Source of the DNA: Clostridia bacterium
GTDB taxonomy: Bacteria > Bacillota > Clostridia > Oscillospirales > Acutalibacteraceae
Length of the DNA: 64,000 nucleotides
Assembly (NCBI GenBank): GCA_017465085.1
Contig: JAFTWW010000037.1
Coordinates: forward strand, 17,765 to 81,764
Direction of reading: 5' to 3'
Positions 28,262 through 37,106 of the stretch are shown piece by piece. The notes under the pieces are model-generated. The model was not told the origin of the DNA and did no database searches. It saw only the letters and a program-made list of their open reading frames with translations. The stretch's first letter is position 1. Every line of letters begins with the position of its first letter. A program made the position numbers and the translations under genes.

Positions 28262-28888
28262 TTAAATTTCAAGTAACTTTTTGCCGATATAATCTGCCAT
28301 AATAATATGTCCCTTATCGCTTGGATGAAGTCCATCGGGAACTATCTCTTTATCATATGGATCAATTATACCGCTTCTAAACAAATCAATGACGGGAACA
28401 TTATGCTTTTTAGTTATCTCAATAATGGCATCAACATAATCCTTCAAAATCTTACCATCGTGATTTGGAACATTCTCATCTGCTCTTCTGAGCGGTGTCA
28501 TAAAAATGATTTTAGCATCTTTGAAATCAGCCTTCAGCTCTTCAATAAGGGTATTTACAGCGCCGCAGAAGGTATAAATATCTCTGCTATCTATATCGCC
28601 CATTTTGGAATCGCCGTGGCCGAAATCATTGGTGCCGCCAAAAACTACAACAGCATCTACAGCCTTTGTCATAATCTTGGCTCTAAGACCAAAATATAAA
28701 TCGTAAATATGATTATAATGAACTGTTTGCCTGGCAATACGTGTTCCGCCTACACCGCAATTATAAGCGCGGGTTAAACCGAAATCTCTTTTGATAATCT
28801 GATGGAAAACATTATCGGGGCCTGTGGTACCGCTCCCCTGTGTTATACTATCGCCGAGGAAATTGATTTTCAAATTTTTAAGTTCCAT
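28262..28888 (-). CDS. SGNH/GDSL-family hydrolase
   Basis: 208 aa. Block I FLGDSIT, block III GGTND, block V DGLHP. Confidence 0.8.
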   Translation of the reverse strand: MELKNLKINFLGDSITQGSGTTGPDNVFHQIIKRDFGLTRAYNCGVGGTRIARQTVHYNHIYDLYFGLRAKIMTKAVDAVVVFGGTNDFGHGDSKMGDIDSRDIYTFCGAVNTLIEELKADFKDAKIIFMTPLRRADENVPNHDGKILKDYVDAIIEITKKHNVPVIDLFRSGIIDPYDKEIVPDGLHPSDKGHIIMADYIGKKLLEI

Positions 28889-28890
28889 AT

Positions 28891-29610
28891 TTACGCCTCG
28901 TTTTTATTTACAATTCTTGAATCGTACTTGCCTGTTTCAAGGTCAATATATCTTACAAAGAGAGAAACCTTATTATCCATATTTAAGTTTTCCCAAACTA
29001 AATTGGTGAAAGCATCGATATCCATATCAGGAAGTTCTAAGGTTTTAGGCTCTCCCTCAAAGCTTGGAAGTGGATTGCCATCGCACTTATATGTGTGAAT
29101 AAACTTAGCTCTGCCTGCGAGAGGATTTGAATAGGCATAGGTATATCTCTGACAGGAGGAGCCATCTCCCTCGGCAGATTTGAGAATAGACATTGCATAA
29201 TTCATATCGCGGTTTTCAAGGCGGATAATGCCCGAAATACGAGGAGTGAAGTTTGGAGCATCATCCTCAAACTCACGGGTACGAAGAGCCTGCTCGAAGG
29301 TCATCTGCCTATCCATAAGCTCATAGATGGTATCGGTCTGGTCACCGTTGGTAACGATGGTCTTATTGCCGAGCACTCTTACGGGAGCATAGATAATAAG
29401 ATGGGGGTCGGTCATCTTAGACTCATCAAATGCCTGAGTTCTGATACCTTCGCCATCCTCAACAAAAACGCGGTTGCGGCTGTTTTCGCTTCTGCCCATT
29501 ATAAAGTAGGCGGTAACTGCCTTTTTGCCATCGGCGCTCTTGCCGATCATAATACCTCTACCGTGATATTTAAGGGAATTTAATTCCTCTGCAATATTCT
29601 TGATTTCCAT
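28891..29610 (-). CDS. purO: IMP cyclohydrolase, PurO-like (archaeal type)
   Basis: 239 aa. YHGRGIMIGKSADGK..AYFIMGRSENSRNR is typical of the PF07826 family. Recalled from memory. Confidence 0.75.
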   Translation of the reverse strand: MEIKNIAEELNSLKYHGRGIMIGKSADGKKAVTAYFIMGRSENSRNRVFVEDGEGIRTQAFDESKMTDPHLIIYAPVRVLGNKTIVTNGDQTDTIYELMDRQMTFEQALRTREFEDDAPNFTPRISGIIRLENRDMNYAMSILKSAEGDGSSCQRYTYAYSNPLAGRAKFIHTYKCDGNPLPSFEGEPKTLELPDMDIDAFTNLVWENLNMDNKVSLFVRYIDLETGKYDSRIVNKNEA

Positions 29611-29627
29611 AGCCTTTTTCCTTTCGG

Positions 29628-29708
29628 TTATTCTGATATTTGTGTTTTTCCGTCTTTAACAGTTATCTTGCCTTCACAGAAAAGCTTTACTGCACGGGGC
29701 AGTATTTT
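29628..29708 (-). other. In-frame continuation of purN beyond the TAG (KILPRAVKLFCEGKITVKDGKTQISE, then TAA)
   Basis: Own translation of 29708 down to 29628 in the purN frame. It resembles the usual PurN C-terminus. With it the protein would be about 210 aa, and the gap to purO shrinks to 17 nt containing an RBS. Confidence 0.6.
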
Positions 29709-30260
29709 CTATTCTGCCTGCTCCATAATTCTTCTCTGTAGGGTTTCGGGGGTATCACCATCTAAAACCTCTACCGCCTTTTGCAGAATTATGGGACCTG
29801 CATCGCACTCAGCGGTAACAAAATGCACCGTAGCGCCCGATACCTTTACGCCCTTTTTAAGCGCCGCTTCGTGAACATGGAGCCCGTAAAAGCCTTTGCC
29901 GCAGAAGGAAGGTATTAAGGCCGGATGAACATTTATCATCCTATTTTCGAATGCATCGCAGACATTGTGATCGAGAATGGTCATAAATCCTGCATATACA
30001 ACAAGGTCTGCTCCTTCATCAATCAGCAAATCTCGCATAGCCTTGCTATAAGAAGAAATATCCGCAAAATCCTTCCTTACCAAAACCTTGGTTTTAATTC
30101 CGTTTTGTTCTGCGCGTTTAAGAGCATAAGCCTCGGGATTTGAGGCTATAACGCAGGTAATCTCGCCTGAGCCTAACTCTCCCCTTTTCTGCGCATCTAT
30201 AAGGGCTTGAAGATTTGTTCCGCCGCCCGAAACTAAAACCGCTATTTTCTTTTTACTCAT
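29709..30260 (-). CDS. purN: Phosphoribosylglycinamide formyltransferase, ended by a premature in-frame TAG
   Basis: 183 aa. VLVSGGGTNLQA, NVHPALIP and catalytic region are present. The conserved C-terminal helix is encoded in frame after the TAG (see next feature). Confidence 0.85.
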   Translation of the reverse strand: MSKKKIAVLVSGGGTNLQALIDAQKRGELGSGEITCVIASNPEAYALKRAEQNGIKTKVLVRKDFADISSYSKAMRDLLIDEGADLVVYAGFMTILDHNVCDAFENRMINVHPALIPSFCGKGFYGLHVHEAALKKGVKVSGATVHFVTAECDAGPIILQKAVEVLDGDTPETLQRRIMEQAE

Positions 30261-31297
30261 AGGATAACACCCTCATCGGATGAGATTATCTCACCGATAA
30301 CATAGGCATCCTCACCGTTGGCATTCAATATCTCGAGCGCTTTCTCGGCATCCTCTTTTGCTACAACAACGCTCATACCAACGCCCATATTAAAGGTATT
30401 GAACATATCGCGCTCAGGAATATTGCCGACCTTAGCTATATAGTTAAAGATGGGAAGAATCTTAAGGGCGCTCTTATCCACCTTTACGCTCTTACCGTTT
30501 GGCAGAGCTCTCGGAATATTTTCATAAAATCCGCCGCCCGTTATATGAGAAACTGCCTTAACACTAACCTCATTAAAGAGGGCAAGCATTGATTTAACGT
30601 ACATTTTAGTAGGAGTGAGCAGAGTTTCTCCCAGGCTCTTACCGCCAAGCTCTTCTACAGGGGCCAAGAGGTCTGCATTTTCGATATCGAAAACCTTTCT
30701 TACAAGGGAGAAGCCGTTTGAGTGAACACCTGTTGAAGCAAGGGCTATAACGGTATCACCATCGGCTACGGTATTTTTATCAAGTATCTTTGATTTATCA
30801 ACCACGCCCGTGCAATAGCCTGCAAGGTCATAATCATCCTCGGGCATAAGGCCTGGATGCTCGGCAGTTTCACCGCCGATAAGGGCGCAGCCTGCCTGAA
30901 CACAACCCTCTGCAACACCTCCAACGATTTCGGCTATCTTTTCGGGATAGTTTTTGCCGCAGGCAATGTAATCGAGGAAGAAAAGGGGCTTGGCGCCGCA
31001 ACAGATAATATCGTTTGCGCACATTGCCACACAGTCAATACCAATAGTATCGTGTTTATCAAGAAGCATAGCAAGTTTAATCTTGGTGCCAACACCATCA
31101 GTGCCCGAAACCAAAACAGGCTCGGTAATACCCGTCAGGTCAAGACCAAAGCAACCGCCGAAGCCGCCCACATCATCAAGGCATCCTTCGTTCTTTGTTC
31201 TTGCTATATGCTTTTTCATAAGCTCAACTGATTTATAACCTGCGGTAATATCAACGCCCGCAGCGGCGTAGCTATCAGATTTTGAATTAGTATGCAT
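30257..31297 (-). CDS. purM: Phosphoribosylformylglycinamidine cyclo-ligase
   Basis: AIR synthase motifs (DGVGTK, GGETAE). GAGGA RBS precedes ATG 31297. The track's upstream extension is rejected. Confidence 0.95.
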   Translation of the reverse strand: MHTNSKSDSYAAAGVDITAGYKSVELMKKHIARTKNEGCLDDVGGFGGCFGLDLTGITEPVLVSGTDGVGTKIKLAMLLDKHDTIGIDCVAMCANDIICCGAKPLFFLDYIACGKNYPEKIAEIVGGVAEGCVQAGCALIGGETAEHPGLMPEDDYDLAGYCTGVVDKSKILDKNTVADGDTVIALASTGVHSNGFSLVRKVFDIENADLLAPVEELGGKSLGETLLTPTKMYVKSMLALFNEVSVKAVSHITGGGFYENIPRALPNGKSVKVDKSALKILPIFNYIAKVGNIPERDMFNTFNMGVGMSVVVAKEDAEKALEILNANGEDAYVIGEIISSDEGVIL

Positions 31298-31336
31298 AAA
31301 AATATCCTCTATATCTTCTAAAATTTTATAAGGCGG

Positions 31337-31442
31337 GGTTTGAAATAAAATTGTTCGCAGTGCCGCTTTGAAATGAGCGGTGCTGTACAAGGGGTACTGC
31401 CCCTAATGAAAAAGCGGCGCTGTGGGCGATTTTATTCAAACC
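31337..31442. repeat. 106-nt structured element with 14-15 nt terminal inverted repeats in the purF-purM spacer
   Basis: GGTTTGAAATAAAAT (31337-31351) pairs with ATTTTATTCAAACC (31429-31442). Nested stems are GCAGTGCCGCTTT/AAAGCGGCGCTG and AGGGG-tactg-CCCCT. Confidence 0.5.
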
Positions 31443-31443
31443 T

Positions 31444-32868
31444 TTATTCCTTTCCGTTCCAGCAATATGTGCAAAGGTCACATTCATCTATGCCGATTGC
31501 CTTTATAATTCCCTCGAGGGACTGAAATTCCAAGGATGCGAAATTGAATTTTTCGCATATTGTTTGGCGCAGTTTCTTGCCACGCTCGGTCTCCCCGTTG
31601 CTGTATTCATCAATATAATTGAAGCCCTCTTCCCCTTCAAGCTCCATTATTACTCTACGGGCTATGAGCTCCATATCATTAGTAGAGCGGGAGAAGTTAA
31701 GGTATTTACAGCCATACATAATGGGAGGGCAGGCCGACCGCATATGAACTGATTTTGCGCCGTTTTCGTATAGGAAATCTACGGTTTCCTTAAGCTGAGT
31801 TCCGCGAACAATGGAATCATCAACGAAAAGCAGATTTTTATCAACAATGAAATCGTGAACGGGTATCTGCTTCATTCGCGCCACCTTATTACGCTCGGTT
31901 TGCTTTGTAGGTGTAAAGCTTCGCGCCCAAGTGGGAGTATATTTGATAAACGCGCGGGTATATTTTTTGCCGCTCTCGTTAGCATAGCCTATGGCGTGAG
32001 GAATACCCGAATCGGGAACGCCTCCAACATAGTCTACATCCTGAGCTACTCCGTTCTTTTTATCGTTCTGAGCCATAATCTCACCGTTGCGGCAACGCAT
32101 CGCCTCAACATTAACACCCTCATAGGTGGAGGTGGGATAACCGTAATAGCTCCAAAGGAAAGAGCATATTCTTTTCTTTTTACCGGGAGCTACCAGCTGA
32201 GTTATACCGTTTGGTGTGATTTTAACTATCTCACCTGGGCCTAACTCTTTTTCATCCATATAGCCTAATTTCTGATAAGCAAAGGATTCAAAGGTAACGG
32301 CATATCCATCCTCGTTTTTACCTATAAGCACGGGTATCCTGCCTAAAAGGTCACGGGCCGCAATAATAGCGCCCTTGCTCGTTAAAATAAGAATGGAGGC
32401 AGTTCCCTTTATCTGCTCCTGCGCATATCTAATACCCTCAGCAAAGGTATCCCTCTGATTAACAAGCGCCGCAACAAGCTCGGTGGTGTTAACCCTGCCG
32501 CCTGTCATAGCATCAAAATATCCGCCCGTTTGTGCAAGACACTTATCGATAAGCTCATCGGCATTGTTGATAATTCCAACGGTGCATATAGCGTAAGTGC
32601 CGAAATTTGAACGGATAAGCATAGGCTGGGGATCGGTATCGCTTATACAACCTATTGCAGAGGTACCCTTCATTTCATCAAAGATTTTTTCGAACTTTGT
32701 TCTGAAGGGAGCGTTTTCTATGTTATGTATTTTACGCTGCAGACCGATTTCCTTATCGTATGCAGCAAGACCGCCTCGGCGGGTGCCCAAATGGGAGTGA
32801 TAATCTACACCGAAGAAGACATCCATCATACAGTCGGTCTTAGAGGTTATGCCAAAAAAGCCGCCCAT
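31444..32868 (-). CDS. purF: Amidophosphoribosyltransferase
   Basis: 474 aa. Ntn glutaminase domain plus PRT motif (LFVDDSIVRGT). Confidence 0.9.
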   Translation of the reverse strand: MGGFFGITSKTDCMMDVFFGVDYHSHLGTRRGGLAAYDKEIGLQRKIHNIENAPFRTKFEKIFDEMKGTSAIGCISDTDPQPMLIRSNFGTYAICTVGIINNADELIDKCLAQTGGYFDAMTGGRVNTTELVAALVNQRDTFAEGIRYAQEQIKGTASILILTSKGAIIAARDLLGRIPVLIGKNEDGYAVTFESFAYQKLGYMDEKELGPGEIVKITPNGITQLVAPGKKKRICSFLWSYYGYPTSTYEGVNVEAMRCRNGEIMAQNDKKNGVAQDVDYVGGVPDSGIPHAIGYANESGKKYTRAFIKYTPTWARSFTPTKQTERNKVARMKQIPVHDFIVDKNLLFVDDSIVRGTQLKETVDFLYENGAKSVHMRSACPPIMYGCKYLNFSRSTNDMELIARRVIMELEGEEGFNYIDEYSNGETERGKKLRQTICEKFNFASLEFQSLEGIIKAIGIDECDLCTYCWNGKE

Positions 32869-32901
32869 AGTAACCTACCTTTATAGATTTTAATTAACGA
32901 A

Positions 32902-33588
32902 TTAAGCAAAGAAAAGTTTAGAAAGAGTCATAGGATCGATATACTCACCGTTCTTATAAACTCTCATATTGCCCGATGCGATTTCATCGATGAGCATTAC
33001 ATTGCCATCCTTATCGTAACCGAACTCAAACTTGATATCATAAAGGTCAAGTCCCTTTTCCTTAAGGTCATCAGCAACGATTTTTGTAATCTGCTGAGTC
33101 ATAACCTTAATATCATCATACTGTTTATCGGTCATAACGCCGAGAGCTACAAGGGCATCCTTGATAACGAGGGGATCGCCCTTTTCATCGTTTTTGAAGG
33201 TCATTTCAACATAGGCGGGAAGGTCTGCGCCCTCTTCAATATAATCGCCGTAGCGGCGGATAAAGCTGCCAACTGCTTTATAGCGGCAGATAACCTCAAG
33301 GCCGTGACCGAAAACCTTAGCGGGAAGAACCTCCATAGTGGTATCCTCAAGGTTTGCATTTATGAAATGAGTTTTTATGCCCGCATTATTTACCTTTTCG
33401 AAGAAATAAATAGACATACGAAGGTTAACATCGCCAACGCCATCTATGGTAAGGCCTACTGCATTTTCGCCCGGATCAAATACTCCATCCTTGCCTGTGC
33501 AATCATCCTTGAACTTGAGAAGGCAGTTGCCGTTTGAAAGTTCAAAAACATCCTTTGTCTTTCCAGTGTAAACAAGTTTCTTTTCCAT
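32902..33588 (-). CDS. purC: SAICAR synthase
   Basis: 228 aa. YTGKTKDV and LIDEI motifs. Confidence 0.95.
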   Translation of the reverse strand: MEKKLVYTGKTKDVFELSNGNCLLKFKDDCTGKDGVFDPGENAVGLTIDGVGDVNLRMSIYFFEKVNNAGIKTHFINANLEDTTMEVLPAKVFGHGLEVICRYKAVGSFIRRYGDYIEEGADLPAYVEMTFKNDEKGDPLVIKDALVALGVMTDKQYDDIKVMTQQITKIVADDLKEKGLDLYDIKFEFGYDKDGNVMLIDEIASGNMRVYKNGEYIDPMTLSKLFFA

Positions 33589-33623
33589 AATTATTTCTCC
33601 TTTATGTAATTAAAAATACTAAA

Positions 33624-34112
33624 TTAAAGCTTCTCCATAACGGAAGCATCTTTTTCGAGAACTTTTTTTGCATCGCTTACTCTCTTAAGGTTAAGCTTAT
33701 CGGCAAGAGCCTTATCCTCAACCGCAATGATCTGAGCTGCAAGCAGTGCCGCATTGGCGCCGCCATCAACCGCAACACAGGCAACGGGGATTCCCGTAGG
33801 CATCTGAACGGTGGAGAGCAGAGCATCAAGCCCATCGAAATTAGAGGATTTACAGGGTATGCCGATTACGGGAAGGGTTGTATTCGCGGCAATAGCGCCT
33901 GCAAGGTGAGCCGCCATACCTGCCGCCGCAATAAGTACGCCGAAACCGTTATCTCTCGCGCTAAGGGCAAAATCTCTTGCCTCAACGGGAGTGCGGTGGG
34001 CAGAATAGATATGCACCTCGAAGGGAACTTCAAGGCTTTTTAACATATCGGTTGCCTTTTTGATGATGGGTAAATCACTATCACTACCCATAATGATACC
34101 GACTTTTTTCAT
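33624..34112 (-). CDS. purE: N5-carboxyaminoimidazole ribonucleotide mutase
   Basis: MKKVGIIMGSDSDLP, SAHRTP and AGMAAHLAG. Start at 34112 with an AGGAGGA RBS. Confidence 0.95.
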   Translation of the reverse strand: MKKVGIIMGSDSDLPIIKKATDMLKSLEVPFEVHIYSAHRTPVEARDFALSARDNGFGVLIAAAGMAAHLAGAIAANTTLPVIGIPCKSSNFDGLDALLSTVQMPTGIPVACVAVDGGANAALLAAQIIAVEDKALADKLNLKRVSDAKKVLEKDASVMEKL

Positions 34113-34124
34113 AAAAATCCTCCT

Positions 34125-34252
34125 AAAAAACAAAATAGGCACACTTAACTTATAGGGTTAAATGTGCCCAGACGGCCGACTAATCGGTAGCTTTTGCTAC
34201 CCTACCCTTTGCTCCGTGTGGTGCTCCACTTTAATCCGTCAGTCGTAAAGGG
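34125..34252 (-). promoter_or_regulatory. ZTP (pfl-motif) riboswitch with terminator expression platform
   Basis: Minus-strand RNA reads CCCUUUACGACUGACGGAUUAAAGUGGAGCACCACACGGAGCAAAGGG ... GUCGGCCGUCUGGGCA. A GACGG/CCGUC pseudoknot is possible. It is followed by GGCACAUUUAAC..GUUAAGUGUGCC and UAUUUUGUUUUUU. Confidence 0.8.
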
Positions 34253-34297
34253 CATCTTAAATTTTGGCTTAATAGATTATAAATCTATTACCCTTTG

Positions 34298-34326
34298 ATT
34301 TTACCATTAAATTCGCTATCAGTCAA
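34298..34326 (-). promoter_or_regulatory. Candidate promoter of the pur operon
   Basis: Minus strand: TTGACT, 17-nt spacer, TAAAAT. About 45 nt upstream of the riboswitch. Confidence 0.5.
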
Positions 34327-34406
34327 GGTTATTTGAGCGATTTTGATATTTTTTGGAATAATGATTGATATATATTACTTTTTGCCAAAAAATTTAAGGA
34401 TTTTGA

Positions 34407-34823
34407 CTAATTTGCCTTGGTTTCGCAGTACCTGCAACGGTAAACCTTATTCTCCCTATCGGTAAGCTCAAATATGTGTTGAAGCTCCTGTTCGCAGGAG
34501 GTTATGCAACGTGGATTTTTGCATTTGATAACATCTACAAGGGTTTTGGGCATATCGATTGAAAGCTTATTTACAAGCTTTCCTTCCTTGATGATGTTAA
34601 CGGTGGCATCGGGGTCAACGAATCCTATTACATCAAAATCAACATCGATATCGGCATCAATTTTGATAATATCCTTTTTGCCCATCTTTTTGCTTGAAAC
34701 ATTCTTTATAAGGGCAACAGAAACATCGAGGGTATCAAGGCCTAAGAGTTTATAAAGCTTCATACCGAGTCCCGCTGTAATATGGTCTATTACAACGCCG
34801 TTCTGAATCGAATCTATATTCAT
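34407..34823 (-). CDS. pyrI: Aspartate carbamoyltransferase regulatory subunit
   Basis: 138 aa. C-terminal Zn motif CKNPRCIT...YRCRYC. Confidence 0.95.
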   Translation of the reverse strand: MNIDSIQNGVVIDHITAGLGMKLYKLLGLDTLDVSVALIKNVSSKKMGKKDIIKIDADIDVDFDVIGFVDPDATVNIIKEGKLVNKLSIDMPKTLVDVIKCKNPRCITSCEQELQHIFELTDRENKVYRCRYCETKAN

Positions 34824-35743
34824 ATTGTTCCCGCCTCCTTCAGAAGCTTAAGAATAAGCGCCATCCGCATATATTTGCCGTTAAGCACCTGCTTAAAGTA
34901 GCAGGCGCGCTTATCCTTATCAATAGCAACGCTTATTTCGTTAACCCTTGGAAGAGGATGAAGAATGGATAGGCTTTCCTTTGCATTTTTAAGCTTATCG
35001 GGGGTGAGGATATAGCTATCCTTGAGTCTTAAATAATCCTCTTCGTTGAAAAATCTCTCGCGCTGAACACGTGTCATATAGAGGATATCAAGCTTAGGCA
35101 TTGCAGTCTCTAAATCGGTAGTCTGCTCATAAGGGATATTGTTCTTTACAAGTATACCCTTTTTAACATAGCTTGGAAGCTTTAATTCCTCGGGAGAAAT
35201 AAGAACGAAATTTATGTTTTTATAGCGGCTTAAAGCATTGATAAGCGAGTGAACCGTTCTGCCGAATTTAAGGTCACCGCAAAGACCGACGGTTAAATTA
35301 TCAAATCCGCCTTTTTCACGGTAGATGGTAAGCAAATCAGCCAAGGTTTGTGTGGGGTGACAATGACCGCCGTCACCCGCATTTATTACGGGTACGGTTG
35401 CATTATTTGCCGCCACAAGCGCCGCGCCTTCTTTGGGGTGGCGCATAGCGATAATATCGGCATAACAGCTAACGGTTTTGGCGGTATCAGCAATGCTCTC
35501 ACCCTTTGCAGCGGAGGAGCTGTTCGACTCGGAAAAGCCAAGTACGTTTCCGCCCAGCTCATACATAGCCGCCTCAAAGCTGAGTCTTGTTCTTGTGGAG
35601 GGCTCAAAGAAAAGAGTTGCAAGCTTTTTGCCCTCGCAGATATGCGCGTATTTTGAAGGATTTTCGATAATATCAAGGGCAGTAGAGATAAGCTCCTCAA
35701 GCTCCTCTACGGTTAAATCCAGAATATCAATTACACTTCTCAT
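34820..35743 (-). CDS. pyrB: Aspartate carbamoyltransferase catalytic subunit
   Basis: 307 aa. STRTR and HPTQ motifs. Confidence 0.97.
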   Translation of the reverse strand: MRSVIDILDLTVEELEELISTALDIIENPSKYAHICEGKKLATLFFEPSTRTRLSFEAAMYELGGNVLGFSESNSSSAAKGESIADTAKTVSCYADIIAMRHPKEGAALVAANNATVPVINAGDGGHCHPTQTLADLLTIYREKGGFDNLTVGLCGDLKFGRTVHSLINALSRYKNINFVLISPEELKLPSYVKKGILVKNNIPYEQTTDLETAMPKLDILYMTRVQRERFFNEEDYLRLKDSYILTPDKLKNAKESLSILHPLPRVNEISVAIDKDKRACYFKQVLNGKYMRMALILKLLKEAGTI

Positions 35744-36396
35744 TCTTTTGCTCCGTTTACAGCGAGATAATTTTTAATTCGCTGAACGTTTTCGCGGTTT
35801 TTCTCATCTTCCTCGAGATACTCGATAATATCATAAACATCAACAACCGAATATACGGGGAAGCCAAACTCTTCGCCAACCTCTGCCATTGCGCTCTTTT
35901 CGGTTTTTCCCTTTTCCTTACGGTCAACCATAACAAATGTTGCGGCAACCTTGGTGCCCTCAAGCTTTGAAAGAATTTCCATACTCTCTCTTATGGCGGT
36001 ACCTGCGGTTATAACATCCTCAACGATAACGATTTCCTCGTTCTCGGTAGGTTTATAGCCAACAAATACACCGCCTTCACCGTGATCTTTCTCCTCTTTT
36101 CTGTTAAAGAAGAAAGGAACATCGAGGCCGTTTTTAGCAAGGGCAACTGCCACAGATACTGCTATGGGAATACCCTTATAAGCGGGGCCGTAAAGAACGG
36201 TTTTCTTATTGCCAACCTTTTCGAAATAAGCCTTAGCGTAGAACTCGCCAAGCTTACAAATCTGTTCGCCTGTTTTAATATCGCCCGCGTTGATAAAATA
36301 GGGTATTTTTCTGCCTGATTTTGCGGTGAAATCACCAAATTTGAGAACGCCTGCTCCCTCTAGAAACTCAATAAATTCTCTCTTATAGCCTTCCAT
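35740..36396 (-). CDS. pyrE: Orotate phosphoribosyltransferase
   Basis: PRT motif [11 protein letters not shown]. Start at MEGYKREF (36396) with a GAGGAGA RBS. Confidence 0.93.
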   Translation of the reverse strand: MEGYKREFIEFLEGAGVLKFGDFTAKSGRKIPYFINAGDIKTGEQICKLGEFYAKAYFEKVGNKKTVLYGPAYKGIPIAVSVAVALAKNGLDVPFFFNRKEEKDHGEGGVFVGYKPTENEEIVIVEDVITAGTAIRESMEILSKLEGTKVAATFVMVDRKEKGKTEKSAMAEVGEEFGFPVYSVVDVYDIIEYLEEDEKNRENVQRIKNYLAVNGAKE

Positions 36397-36407
36397 TTCT
36401 CTTCTCC

Positions 36408-37106
36408 TCAATCTACAAATTCTGCTACGCAACGGTTATATGCGGCTACAACATCTTCTGCCGCAGTAATAGGTCTGCCTACTACGATATAATCGGAGCC
36501 GATTTTCTTGGCTTCGGCAGGGGTCATAACTCTCTTCTGGTCGCCTATATCGCCATCAGCAAAGCGAACACCGGGGGTTACGGTTAAGAAATCCTTACCG
36601 CAGGTTTCGTGAACCTTGCCTGCCTCTAAGGGTGAGCAAACAACGCCATCAAGCCCTGCTTTTTTGGCATTGGCGGCATAGTGCATAACAACCTTATCTA
36701 TAGGCTCTTTTATAAGAAGGTCGTTTTCCATACTCTCCTGATCGGTGGAGGTAAGCTGAGTTACGGCGATAAGTAAAGGTCTTGTGCCATCCTCACGGGT
36801 AAGGCCCTCAATAGCGGCCTCCATCATTCTAACCGTTCCTCCTGCGTGGAGGTTGCAGATATCTACATCAAGGTTAGAAAGCACGCTCATTGCCTTTTTA
36901 ACTGTATTGGGGATATCGTGAAGCTTAAGATCTAAGAAAATCTTATGACCTCTCTTTTTAATCTCCTTAACAATCTGGGGTCCCTCAGCATAGAAAAGCT
37001 CCATACCGATTTTAACAAATGGTTTTCTTTCTGTGAACTTATCAAGGAAGGCATAAACTGCCTCGGCGCTTGAAAAATCACAGGCCACAATAACATCCTT
37101 GCCCAT
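36408..37106 (-). CDS. pyrF: Orotidine 5'-phosphate decarboxylase
   Basis: 232 aa. FLDLKLHDIPNT motif. Confidence 0.95.
   Translation of the reverse strand: MGKDVIVACDFSSAEAVYAFLDKFTERKPFVKIGMELFYAEGPQIVKEIKKRGHKIFLDLKLHDIPNTVKKAMSVLSNLDVDICNLHAGGTVRMMEAAIEGLTREDGTRPLLIAVTQLTSTDQESMENDLLIKEPIDKVVMHYAANAKKAGLDGVVCSPLEAGKVHETCGKDFLTVTPGVRFADGDIGDQKRVMTPAEAKKIGSDYIVVGRPITAAEDVVAAYNRCVAEFVD

Noticed and set aside
29709-29711. TAG in purN as pyrrolysine or a reassigned sense codon.
   Set aside because: TAG clearly terminates other well-defined genes in this window (for example the ABC ATPase at 818-820, ackA at 16248-16250 and queA at 60187-60189). No pyl genes or PYLIS-like context were seen. 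A nonsense mutation, sequencing error or leaky read-through is more parsimonious.
31298-31390. 31-codon N-terminal extension of purM in the track ORF.
   Set aside because: It reads through the structured spacer element. A GAGGA RBS and the conserved PurM N-terminus begin at ATG 31297.
34143-34270. Expected purine (guanine/adenine) riboswitch or PurR box ahead of purE.
   Set aside because: The sequence does not fit the purine aptamer (no UAUAAUC..CUACC..CCGUAAA pattern). It fits the ZTP/pfl motif instead.
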